From an uncultured Prevotellaceae bacterium (lineage in GTDB: Bacteria; Bacteroidota; Bacteroidia; Bacteroidales; Bacteroidaceae), in contig CAMOPD010000001.1 of assembly GCA_946622085.1 (NCBI GenBank), positions 1 to 45,912 of the forward strand: a stretch of DNA of 45,912 nt. Direction: 5' to 3'. The number at the start of each line of letters is the position of its first letter. The first letter of the stretch is position 1. Positions 1-8,521 of this stretch are shown piece after piece. The translations under genes and the position numbers were made by a program. The notes beneath the pieces were generated by a model. It was not told where the DNA came from, searched no databases, and worked only from the letters and a program-made list of their open reading frames with translations.

Positions 1-47
1 GTATTAGTTTTTTTAAGGTAAAAAGATTGTTTTCAGGATAACGAGTG

Positions 48-55
48 CAAAGTTA
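48..55 (-). promoter_or_regulatory. Bacteroidetes -7 promoter element (TAACTTTG) for a gene beyond the left edge
   Basis: caaagtta at 48-55 reads TAACTTTG on the minus strand; a TTTG (-33-like) lies about 18 bp upstream (caaa at 74-77); AT-rich context. Confidence 0.6.
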
Positions 56-286
56 AACTATTTTTTTAGAATGCAAAATTTTTTTTGACGCTTTTTTGAG
101 CCTTCTCCGTTGTGTGGGTACACAATCTCGTATTTTTGCAAGTTTTAACTCTTTTTCTTGCGCAATCGATTGCTTCTTGTGCTCCGAAGTGGCGTTTTTA
201 ATCGACGAAACGGTTTTTATCATCAGAAGGCCATTCCCCGTGATAGGAAATGGCCCTCTGCTATGTCATTTTTTTTGGTGCTTGGT

Positions 287-1915
287 CTATCTTTTCACGA
301 TGAACTGCCCCAGGCGGTGGGTCACGTTGCGGCGGTTCACCGAGCGCAACGTGTATACTCCCTCGGCCAGCTGGCGAATGTCGACGCGCGTGCCCTGATA
401 GGGTCGGGTGGCCACGATGTTTCCGGCCAGAGTCTCCACTACCAGGTATTGAGCGTCGCTTACCTTGGGCTTCTCCGGTATGCTGAGATAGCGCCCGTCG
501 TTCTTCAGCCATTGGGCGGCTTGCACCACGGTGCCCCTGTCCATCTGCACCGGTGCGCTTTCGTTGCCGAAACGGTCGATGGCGGTCACGGCGTAGTACA
601 TGCGCTCGTCGATGGCGGCTTTGGTCTTCTGCCATCGCGGCATGACGAGGTTGCGCACGTCGTCCACGTCGACCGGCCACGTGCGGCTGGCATAGATATT
701 ATATAATAAATAAGGTGTACGCCCATTCGTGCGGGGAGCGCTCCACGAGATGCTTCCGCCCGCCACCCGTAGGTTGGTGGGAGCTTGCGGCGGGGTGGGG
801 TGGGCCCACGTCATGGGCGGTATGAGTGCCGGGTAGCGGTCGTGCTGGCGGCTCACGTAGTCGTAGATGCCCTTGGTGTTGTCGGTGAAGAATTTGGAGC
901 GGAAGTAGCAGTGGCCCATGCCATAGTCGCGCACCACGTTGAGCTCGCGCTTCACGATGTCGAGGCTCCAGTTGAGCTCCTTGGGGTGGAGCATGTAGAT
1001 GCCCAGTCCCGGGGCCACGATGCGGCCATAGGAGCATTCGGCCCAGTCGATGGCAAAGGGGAAGAAGTTGTTGCCCTTGAAATACATCATGGGGAAGAGC
1101 TCGTCCATGAGCCCGTCGCGGAGCCATCCCTGAGCGTCCTGGCACACCTTGGTGTTGGCGTTCCAGCCGTGGCTCCAGTAGCGGGTCAGGTCGTCATATT
1201 TGCCCACCGGCGAGCAACTCATCTTCACCCAGGGCTTCTCGTTCTTCACTATGCGGTGGATTTTCCTCACGATGCTCGTGATGTGCTGTCTTCCGGCGTT
1301 GACGTTCATCTTGCGGTTCCACGTCTCCGGATAGCGTATGTAGTCGAGGTGGATGCCGTCTACGTCGTAGTTGCTTACAATCTCGCGGCACATCGAGGCC
1401 AGATAGTCGCCCGTCTGTTCGCTCTCGGGGTTCATGTAGCCGTCGGGGCCGATTTTCATGATGAGCTTCGGATAGCGCTGGCGCAACCTGGCACAACCCA
1501 GCGCATTCCATTTCCCCACGGGAATGGTCACCACCCAGGCATGGAGCTCCATGCCCCGTTTGTGGCATTCGTCGATGGCAAAGGCCAGAGCGTCATAGCC
1601 TGGCGACTGCCCCGGATGGCCCGACAGGCATCCGTCCCAGGGCTCCATGGACGAGGGGTAGATGGTGGTGGCGCGCACGCGCGTCTGTAGGAGCACGGTG
1701 TTCACGTTGGCCTTTTGCAACTTGTTGAGTATCTGGCGCAATTCCTCCTTCTGCCGCTCGGCCGAGGCTCCGCCGTTGGAGTAGTTGTGGGGCCAGTCCA
1801 GGCCGCCGATGGTGGTGAGCCATACGGCTCTCACTTCGTGTTTGGGATATATCGTCTGGGCACTCATGGCGAGCACGGCCATCAGCCAAACCAGTGTGAA
1901 AACGATTCTTTTCAT
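287..1915 (-). CDS. Glycoside hydrolase-like family 10 (GHL10, YddW/DigH-like) with FN3-like region and T9SS-like C-terminal domain
   Basis: Signal peptide; EVRAVWLTT..LDWP, AIDECHKRGMELHAW, YDVDGIHLDYIRYP motifs; C-terminal ..VETLAGNIV...LAEGVYTLR resembles a T9SS CTD. Confidence 0.85.
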   Translation of the reverse strand: MKRIVFTLVWLMAVLAMSAQTIYPKHEVRAVWLTTIGGLDWPHNYSNGGASAERQKEELRQILNKLQKANVNTVLLQTRVRATTIYPSSMEPWDGCLSGHPGQSPGYDALAFAIDECHKRGMELHAWVVTIPVGKWNALGCARLRQRYPKLIMKIGPDGYMNPESEQTGDYLASMCREIVSNYDVDGIHLDYIRYPETWNRKMNVNAGRQHITSIVRKIHRIVKNEKPWVKMSCSPVGKYDDLTRYWSHGWNANTKVCQDAQGWLRDGLMDELFPMMYFKGNNFFPFAIDWAECSYGRIVAPGLGIYMLHPKELNWSLDIVKRELNVVRDYGMGHCYFRSKFFTDNTKGIYDYVSRQHDRYPALIPPMTWAHPTPPQAPTNLRVAGGSISWSAPRTNGRTPYLLYNIYASRTWPVDVDDVRNLVMPRWQKTKAAIDERMYYAVTAIDRFGNESAPVQMDRGTVVQAAQWLKNDGRYLSIPEKPKVSDAQYLVVETLAGNIVATRPYQGTRVDIRQLAEGVYTLRSVNRRNVTHRLGQFIVKR

Positions 1916-1937
1916 TCTTCAAGTGTCAAATTGGGTG

Positions 1938-1968
1938 CAAAGTTACGTGTTTTTTTCCTTTTCTCAAA
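1938..1968 (-). promoter_or_regulatory. Sigma-ABfr promoter of the GHL10 gene
   Basis: TAACTTTG (1945-1938) and TTTG (1968-1965) with 19-bp spacing, just upstream of the ATG at 1915. Confidence 0.75.
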
Positions 1969-2030
1969 ACCGATTCTCCATTTTTCCGGCCATCCGTGGT
2001 GAGTATCGTGGACCTGCAATGTAACCGACG

Positions 2031-2070
2031 AAAAAGCAGCACCCCCCAAGCGAAGGGAGATGCTGCTTTT
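2031..2070 (-). terminator. Intrinsic terminator downstream of the flavodoxin-like gene
   Basis: aaaagcagca...tgctgctttt inverted repeat with A/T tails, about 20 bp after the stop. Confidence 0.75.
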
Positions 2071-2088
2071 CTCGGAACGACGGTCAGA

Positions 2089-2604
2089 CTACAGGTTGTT
2101 CACGATGGCCTGTATCTTCAGCTTCGTTGCTTCCGTCTTCTGTTCGTCATTCTTGGCCGTGACGATGCCGCTGTCCTCAGCATGCCAATAGTTGCAGATG
2201 TCGTGATATTCTGCCGTGGCACCCGTGTAGACACCGGGTGAATAGGACGACACCAGCAGCGCCATCTTCTTCACCTTGGCCGGGGCATTGACGCAATACA
2301 TGCGCTGGATGGGCGCCTGTATCTGGGCACAGAGCGTGAAGTAGTAGATGGGAGCTGCCAGTACCAGCACCTCGGCTTCGGCCATCAGCGGATAGAGTTC
2401 CTGCATGTCGTCCTTCTGTATGCAGGCGCCATTGCCTTTGTTATGGCAGTACTCGCACGCCAGGCAGCCTGCAATCTTTTTCTTCGACACGTTGACCAGT
2501 GTCACTTGATGACCTGCTGCCTCGGCAGCATTCTTGTATTCTTCCGCCATCCAGGCGGTGTTTCCTTTGGCTCTCGGAGAGGCCTGCAAGATCAAAATGT
2601 TCAT
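2089..2604 (-). CDS. Flavodoxin family / iron-sulfur flavoprotein (NADPH-dependent FMN reductase-like)
   Basis: ASPRAKGNT FMN-binding loop, CxxCxxC..C (CLACEYC...GAC), LAAPIYYF. Confidence 0.85.
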   Translation of the reverse strand: MNILILQASPRAKGNTAWMAEEYKNAAEAAGHQVTLVNVSKKKIAGCLACEYCHNKGNGACIQKDDMQELYPLMAEAEVLVLAAPIYYFTLCAQIQAPIQRMYCVNAPAKVKKMALLVSSYSPGVYTGATAEYHDICNYWHAEDSGIVTAKNDEQKTEATKLKIQAIVNNL

Positions 2605-2630
2605 AATGTTTTGTATTAGTTGTTAGGTTG

Positions 2631-3089
2631 TTATGCTTTGTTGAACTTGTCCTTGGGGCGTTTGCAACGAGGGCATTTCCAGTCGTCTGGCAGTTCTTCG
2701 AAGGCCACGCCATCGTGTTCGGCAGGGTCGTACACGTAGCCGCAGATGGAGCATACGTACTTGCTAGAAGCCTTCTTCTTGTTGAACTCCACTTCCTCAA
2801 AAACTGTAGGCACGGGATGGTTCAGGTCCATCACTCGCCTGGCTTCCAGGTTCTCGTAGCCCTGTGGCGTGTGGGTGGAACAATACACCGTGGGGTGGTT
2901 GCTGATGAACTCGCGCACGCGATTGAGCGTCTCGCGGGCAGCGCCCAGGTCGTCGAATACCACCGAGAGCTTGTTCTCGTATAAAGCCTCGTCAACGTAG
3001 GTGATGTCGCCGTGAATCATGTAGAACAGCCCGTCGCTCTCCACCACGACGATGCTGTTGCCGTTGGTATGGCCCTTGGCCTTACTCAA
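2631..3089 (-). pseudogene. 5'-truncated MBL-fold metallo-hydrolase fused to a C-terminal rubredoxin
   Basis: AKGHTNG, IHGD and STH are late MBL-fold motifs; [12 protein letters not shown]...[10 protein letters not shown] is a rubredoxin; the HxHxDH N-terminal half is absent and upstream sequence is non-coding; possible TTG start at 3089. Confidence 0.7.
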
Positions 3090-3110
3090 GCGTAGGGGGA
3101 CTTTATTATG

Positions 3111-3118
3111 CAAATATA
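3111..3118 (-). promoter_or_regulatory. -7 promoter element (TATATTTG) directly upstream of the truncated gene
   Basis: caaatata at 3111-3118, followed by CA on the minus strand as in the other promoters here. Confidence 0.55.
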
Positions 3119-3317
3119 CTATTTTTCTATGAAATCGAAGACGCCGTAGCGTGTTTTTTTTATTGTTGGTGTGCGCTAAACATGCTTCATGATTTGAAAA
3201 ATAAGCTCTATGGGATTTCTGGCGATGCCTGTCAACATAAGCTTTACTGCCGTTTCCTTGGATTGTCGGCGCGTCGCCACGAGGTGCAGACAAAACGCCC
3301 CAATGGAACGCGCGAAA

Positions 3318-3524
3318 TTTGTAAAGAAAATTCACAACTTTTTATGCCCTCGCATGGCGCCTCCGTAAATTGCTGAAAATCAGTATCGGGAAGTAAGCAC
3401 GCCACTTACGGGTAGTGAGCACGCCACTCACGCCTCGTAAGCACGCCATTTACTCATCGTGAGTGGCGTGCTCTCTAAACGAGAGTAAACCACCCGCTTT
3501 CCGTTTTGTAAAAATAATTCACAA
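3318..3524. repeat. Dispersed modular repeat, copy 1 (two 20-bp boxes, IHF-like site, 4 x 22-bp palindromic units)
   Basis: Boxes tttgtaaagaaaattcacaa (3318) and tttgtaaaaataattcacaa (3505); GTRAG-CACGCCA-CTYAC-type units at 3393, 3415, 3437 and inverted at 3459; aligns to the reverse complement of 37314-37520. Confidence 0.9.
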
Positions 3525-3815
3525 AATAGAACTGCCTTCTGGGGGCAGAAAAAGTTGATGAGCGGATGTCGTGGCGTTGTTTTCCGGGTGGGTGGCATAG
3601 GGCAGAGGTGGGAGAAATGATTCCAACACGTGTTTTTTCAATTGGTCATCTTGGAAGAATGACAACTGATAACTGATAGCCCCGCCGTCCAAAAAATGAC
3701 AAGATGTGTTTGGGTCACTCACACATTTGCCTATCCGCGCACGTCAGAATCGTTTTTTCTTCTCCGAAAGCACGATTATTCTATCAAAACATTTCCTCAT
3801 GTCGGCAAATTTGCT

Positions 3816-3823
3816 TATCTTTG
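3816..3823 (+). promoter_or_regulatory. -7 promoter element of the cstA operon
   Basis: TATCTTTG(CA) about 36 bp upstream of the cstA ATG. Confidence 0.7.
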
Positions 3824-3859
3824 CATCATATTTGAGTTTTGTAAATTACTTTAAAGTAG

Positions 3860-5326
3860 ATGATCACTTTTATTATTAGTTTGCTGGCGCTTGTGCTTGG
3901 CTATATGGTTTATGGCAAGTTCGTCGAGCGCGTGTTTGGTCCTGACGACCGTGAGACCCCTGCCGTGACCAAGGCCGACGGAGTCGATTTCATCGTGCTT
4001 CCCAGTTGGAAGGTTTTCATGATTCAGTTTCTCAACATTGCGGGCACGGGTCCCATCTTCGGCGCCATCCTGGGAGCGAAGTTCGGCCCCTCGGCCTATC
4101 TGTGGATAGTGCTTGGCTGCATTTTTGCCGGAGCCGTTCACGACTACATGTCGGGCATGCTCTCCATTCGCCATGGCGGAGCCAGCCTGCCCGAGCTCGT
4201 GGGTCAGTATCTGGGCCACACCACTAAAAACGTGATGCTCGTCTTCTCCATCCTGCTGCTGGTCATGGTGGGCGTGGTGTTCGTCTATAGTCCTGCCGAG
4301 ATACTCCATACCATCGGAGGCTCCTCCATGATGTGGGTGCTTCTCATCTTCTTCTATTATATCATAGCCACGCTGCTCCCCATCGACAAGATCATCGGGC
4401 GCATCTATCCGCTCTTTGCCTTCTCGCTACTTTTCATGGCCGCTGCCCTCATGGTGTGCCTCTTCATCAAGTGGCCGTCGCTGCCCGAACTTTGGGACGG
4501 CCTTGGCAACCGCGCCTTTGCGGCCGACTCCAACTGGAAGGACAACATATTCCCCTGCCTCTTCATCACCATTGCCTGCGGAGCCATCAGCGGCTTCCAT
4601 GCCACCCAGACCCCCCTCATGGCGCGATGCGTGAAGGATGAGCACATGGGGCGTCCCATCTTCTATGGTGCCATGATCACCGAGGGCCTCGTGGCGCTCA
4701 TCTGGGCCACCGTGGCCTCCTACTTCTTCTATGCCTCGCCGGCTCCCGGCTATCAGCTCATCGAGGCTGCCCAGTCGAGCGGATTCCACACGTCGGCTCC
4801 CGCTGTGGTGAACATCATTTGCAACGACTGGCTGGGCATCGTGGGAGGCATTCTCGCCCTGCTCGGCGTGGTGGCTGCTCCCATCACGAGCGGCGACACC
4901 GCCTTCAGAAGCGCACGCCTCATCGTGTCAGAGTTTCTGCATCTCGACCAGAAACCCATCCGCAACCGCCTCTACATCTGCCTGCCCATGTTTGCTGCCT
5001 CCATCCTGCTGCTCCTCTGGCAGATAGAGAATCCCGACGGGTTCAACACCATCTGGCAGTACTTCGGATGGTCCAATCAGACGCTGACCGTCTTCACCCT
5101 CTGGACCATGACCGTCTATCTGGTGCAGAAGGACAAGCCCTTCATCATCACCCTCATCCCGGCGCTCTTCATGACCACCGTGTGCTCCACCTTCCTCTTC
5201 GTCTCCAAGCAGGCTTTCGGCCTGAACGAGACGCTTGCCTATACGCTCGGAGGCGTGGCCCTGGTGGTGGCCTTGGTGTGGTTCTTCGCCTGGTACAGGA
5301 AATTCCAGAATACCCATCAAAGATAA
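3860..5326 (+). CDS. cstA: Carbon starvation protein A family peptide/pyruvate transporter
   Basis: QFLNIAGTGPIFG, FITIACGAISGFHATQ, PITSGDTAFR motifs; many TM helices. Confidence 0.93.
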   Translation: MITFIISLLALVLGYMVYGKFVERVFGPDDRETPAVTKADGVDFIVLPSWKVFMIQFLNIAGTGPIFGAILGAKFGPSAYLWIVLGCIFAGAVHDYMSGMLSIRHGGASLPELVGQYLGHTTKNVMLVFSILLLVMVGVVFVYSPAEILHTIGGSSMMWVLLIFFYYIIATLLPIDKIIGRIYPLFAFSLLFMAAALMVCLFIKWPSLPELWDGLGNRAFAADSNWKDNIFPCLFITIACGAISGFHATQTPLMARCVKDEHMGRPIFYGAMITEGLVALIWATVASYFFYASPAPGYQLIEAAQSSGFHTSAPAVVNIICNDWLGIVGGILALLGVVAAPITSGDTAFRSARLIVSEFLHLDQKPIRNRLYICLPMFAASILLLLWQIENPDGFNTIWQYFGWSNQTLTVFTLWTMTVYLVQKDKPFIITLIPALFMTTVCSTFLFVSKQAFGLNETLAYTLGGVALVVALVWFFAWYRKFQNTHQR

Positions 5327-5351
5327 ATAACACACTAACAGAAATAAGAAA

Positions 5352-5861
5352 ATGAAAAAAATCACATTCATGCTCATTGCCCTGGCAATGACTTTAGCCG
5401 CCAAGGCTCAGTATTATCAGTATAAGCCTACTCCTTTCCATCAGGACAAGGTGTTCTTCGGTGCATCCGTGACAGGGCTTGACCTGCACTACAATTCCAT
5501 CGACGACCTGACCTTCGGCGTCAATGGCACGGCAGGCTATTTCGTGGCCGACGACCTGATGCTCTCTGCACAGGTGGGATTCAACACCAACGGCAAGGCT
5601 TCCAACTCGCTCACCATGGGCGTGGGCGCACGCTACTACATCGAGCAGAACGGACTCTTCCTGGGGGCCAAGGTGAACTATGAACATCCCTTCAAGGACT
5701 ACGACGACCTGGTGCCCGGAGTAGAGGTGGGCTATGCCTTCTTCCTCAGCCGCACGGTGACCATCGAGCCCTCCATCTACTACGACATGTCGGTGAAGGA
5801 CTTCTCCGACCGCTCAACCATCGGACTGAAAGTTGGATTCGGTATCTATCTCAACGACTAA
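5352..5861 (+). CDS. Outer-membrane beta-barrel protein (small, 8-stranded type)
   Basis: Signal peptide, alternating amphipathic strands, C-terminal VGFGIYL. Confidence 0.75.
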   Translation: MKKITFMLIALAMTLAAKAQYYQYKPTPFHQDKVFFGASVTGLDLHYNSIDDLTFGVNGTAGYFVADDLMLSAQVGFNTNGKASNSLTMGVGARYYIEQNGLFLGAKVNYEHPFKDYDDLVPGVEVGYAFFLSRTVTIEPSIYYDMSVKDFSDRSTIGLKVGFGIYLND

Positions 5862-5884
5862 CCCACTAAAAACAGATCAATATT

Positions 5885-6733
5885 ATGCTAAGTGTAGACG
5901 AATTGGAAGACCGGCTCATCGACTTGTCGTTTGCCGAAGACATTGGCGATGGTGACCACACCACGCTCTGCTGCATCCCCGAAGATGCCATGGGCAAGTC
6001 GCATCTGCTCATCAAGGAAGACGGAATACTGGCCGGCGTGGAAGTGGCCAAGAAGGTGTTTGCACGCTTCGACCCCGACATGCAGGTGCAGGTGCTCATG
6101 GGCGACGGCTCGCGAGTGAAGAAGGGCGACATTGCCATGATTGTGAGCGGACGCGTCCGCTCGTTGCTTCAGACGGAGCGACTCATGCTCAACATCATGC
6201 AACGCATGAGCGGCATTGCCACCATGACCGACCGCTACGTGCAACGGCTCAAGGGAACTAAGACACGTGTGCTCGACACTCGCAAGACCACCCCGGGCAT
6301 GCGCATGCTCGAAAAACAGGCCGTGAAGATTGGCGGTGGGGTGAACCACCGCATCGGACTCTTCGATATGATTCTGCTCAAGGACAATCATGTCGACTTT
6401 GCCGGAGGCATTGCCAACGCCATCAACCGATGCCACGAATATCTCAAGGCCAAGGGCCTCGACCTGAAGATTGAAATCGAGGTGCGCTCCTTCGACGAGC
6501 TCCAGCAAGCCATGGATTGCGGAGGCATCGACCGCATTATGCTCGACAACTTCTCGGTGGAAAACACACGCAAGGCCGTCGAAATGATTGGCGGACGATT
6601 CGAGACCGAGTCGAGCGGAGGCATCACCTTCGACACCATACGCGACTATGCCGAGTGTGGCGTTGACTATGTTTCCGTGGGCGCCCTCACCCATAGCGTG
6701 AAGGGCCTCGACATGAGCTTCAAGGCCTGCTGA
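5885..6733 (+). CDS. nadC: Nicotinate-nucleotide diphosphorylase (quinolinate phosphoribosyltransferase)
   Basis: LDTRKTTPG, HRIGLFDMILLKDNH, IMLDNF, SVGALTH. Confidence 0.97.
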   Translation: MLSVDELEDRLIDLSFAEDIGDGDHTTLCCIPEDAMGKSHLLIKEDGILAGVEVAKKVFARFDPDMQVQVLMGDGSRVKKGDIAMIVSGRVRSLLQTERLMLNIMQRMSGIATMTDRYVQRLKGTKTRVLDTRKTTPGMRMLEKQAVKIGGGVNHRIGLFDMILLKDNHVDFAGGIANAINRCHEYLKAKGLDLKIEIEVRSFDELQQAMDCGGIDRIMLDNFSVENTRKAVEMIGGRFETESSGGITFDTIRDYAECGVDYVSVGALTHSVKGLDMSFKAC

Positions 6734-6799
6734 CCCCCTCCTACTCACACACATACACATTCATTATCCTGAAATTCTCTGAGTATTGCACTTCCCTCC

Positions 6800-8512
6800 A
6801 TGACAAACGTTTCTCTCTGCAAGCGAATACTGTTGGCATTCATTCTGCTCCTTTCACACACTCATGGTATTCGAGCTGGAGAAAACGGCGGGGGAGTGCA
6901 AAACTCAGAGTTCCAACCTCAAAGCCCCGTACACTATGAAATACAGCTTGCCGGCAACTTCGGCGAGCCGCGACCTCATCACTTCCATGGCGGCATCGAC
7001 GTGAAGACCGACCGCGTGGAAGGCAAGCCCATCTTTGCCATTGCCGACGGCTACGTGGAGCGCCTCACCGTGGGACTCTATGGCTTCGGCAATGCCGTCT
7101 TCGTGCGCCACCCACAGGGCTACACCAGCGTCTATTGCCACCTGAAGGCCTTCACACCGCGCCTGCAGGCCGCCCTCCGCCGCTGGCAATATACCCATCA
7201 GTCCTATCAGGCCGACGTGCACCTCAAGGCCACCGACTGCCCCGTGGCCCAGGGCGACCTCATCGCCATCAGCGGCAACACGGGCTCATCGCAAGCCCCG
7301 CATCTGCATCTCGAAATCCATGATACGCGCTCATGGAACATGCTCGACCCACTCAACTTTCTCGGACATTGCCTCACCGACCACACTCCGCCACAGGCTC
7401 ACGCCTTCATGGCCTATCCCCAGCCTGGCGAAGGCGTCTTCAATGGCTCAGCGGCCAACCAGGACTTCGGCTTCGGCTCCCACCACCTCACGCGCGAGTT
7501 CACCGCCTGGGGCAAGGTGGGCTTCGGGCTCTGGGCCAACGACTACATGGAGGCCACCTATAATAATTATGGCATTCGGACCACCGTGCTCACCGTCGAT
7601 GGGCGCGAAGTGTTCCGAAGTGATGTCGACAACATTCCCGTCAATGCCAACAGGCTGGTAAACTCCTGGGGCGACTATCATCACTACCTGCGGAGCAATG
7701 TGTGGTACATGAAGTCGTTCGTCGACCCGGGCAACACGCTCCCCATGCTCCATGCCGACGAAGACCGCGGCATAGTATGTTTCGACCAAGAGCGCGACTA
7801 CCAACTGTCCTATCTCCTTACCGACTTTGCCGGCAACACCTCCGAATACACCTTCGTGGTGAGGGGCCAAAGACGTCCCATCCCGCCACGGGTGGCTCCC
7901 AGTCTGCCCCGCCTGATGAGGTGGGACAGGGTGAACCACTTCGCCCTTCCCGGCATGCAGCTCGTCATTGGCAAGCATCTGCTGGCCGAGGACATGGAGT
8001 TGAAACCCGACGTGAAACGCCAGCCCGGGGCACTCTCCGACCGCTACACACTCTCCGACCGCTCCTATCCACTCGTAGCGGATGCACGGCTGAGCTTGAA
8101 GTGCCATAGGCAGGTGAAGGACCCCAGCAAACTCTATGTGGTGTGTCATTGGGGCACGGAGCGTTTCATGGGAGGCACCTGCAACGACGACGGATGGGTG
8201 ACGGCACCCCTGCGCGAACTGGGAGCCGCCTACGAACTGGCCTACGACGATGTGCCGCCGCAAGTCAACCCCGTGTCGCTGGGCGAGACCATCAGCATGA
8301 GCATCACCGACGGCGCATCCGGGATACGCACCTACCGCGGATACATCGACGGCCGCTTCGTGCTCTTCGAGGAAGTGGCCAAGAGCCCCGTGGTGAGATG
8401 CAATCTCAGGCAGACCCCCGTCAGACCTACGGGCAAGATGCGCCGGCTGAAGTTCGTGGCCATAGACAACCGCAACAACCAGCAAACATACGAAACACAA
8501 ATTAAATACTAA
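6800..8512 (+). CDS. M23 family metallopeptidase
   Basis: FHGGIDVKT (HxxxD), YCHL, GNTGSSQAPHLHLE (HxH); signal peptide. Confidence 0.88.
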   Translation: MTNVSLCKRILLAFILLLSHTHGIRAGENGGGVQNSEFQPQSPVHYEIQLAGNFGEPRPHHFHGGIDVKTDRVEGKPIFAIADGYVERLTVGLYGFGNAVFVRHPQGYTSVYCHLKAFTPRLQAALRRWQYTHQSYQADVHLKATDCPVAQGDLIAISGNTGSSQAPHLHLEIHDTRSWNMLDPLNFLGHCLTDHTPPQAHAFMAYPQPGEGVFNGSAANQDFGFGSHHLTREFTAWGKVGFGLWANDYMEATYNNYGIRTTVLTVDGREVFRSDVDNIPVNANRLVNSWGDYHHYLRSNVWYMKSFVDPGNTLPMLHADEDRGIVCFDQERDYQLSYLLTDFAGNTSEYTFVVRGQRRPIPPRVAPSLPRLMRWDRVNHFALPGMQLVIGKHLLAEDMELKPDVKRQPGALSDRYTLSDRSYPLVADARLSLKCHRQVKDPSKLYVVCHWGTERFMGGTCNDDGWVTAPLRELGAAYELAYDDVPPQVNPVSLGETISMSITDGASGIRTYRGYIDGRFVLFEEVAKSPVVRCNLRQTPVRPTGKMRRLKFVAIDNRNNQQTYETQIKY

Positions 8513-8521
8513 TCGGAAAAA

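Noticed and set aside
3081-3090. cttactcaag as an IS terminal inverted repeat
   Set aside because: Too short, with no partner repeat, target duplication or transposase
3090-3335. N-terminal extension of the 234-aa ORF (2631..3335)
   Set aside because: Runs through a promoter motif and into repeat copy 1; composition is not protein-like
3393-3475. 22-bp and 21-bp arrays as CRISPR arrays
   Set aside because: Spacers are only 4-5 bp, units change orientation, and no cas genes are present
6741-6762. CA-rich tract as a phase-variable microsatellite
   Set aside because: Short and interrupted
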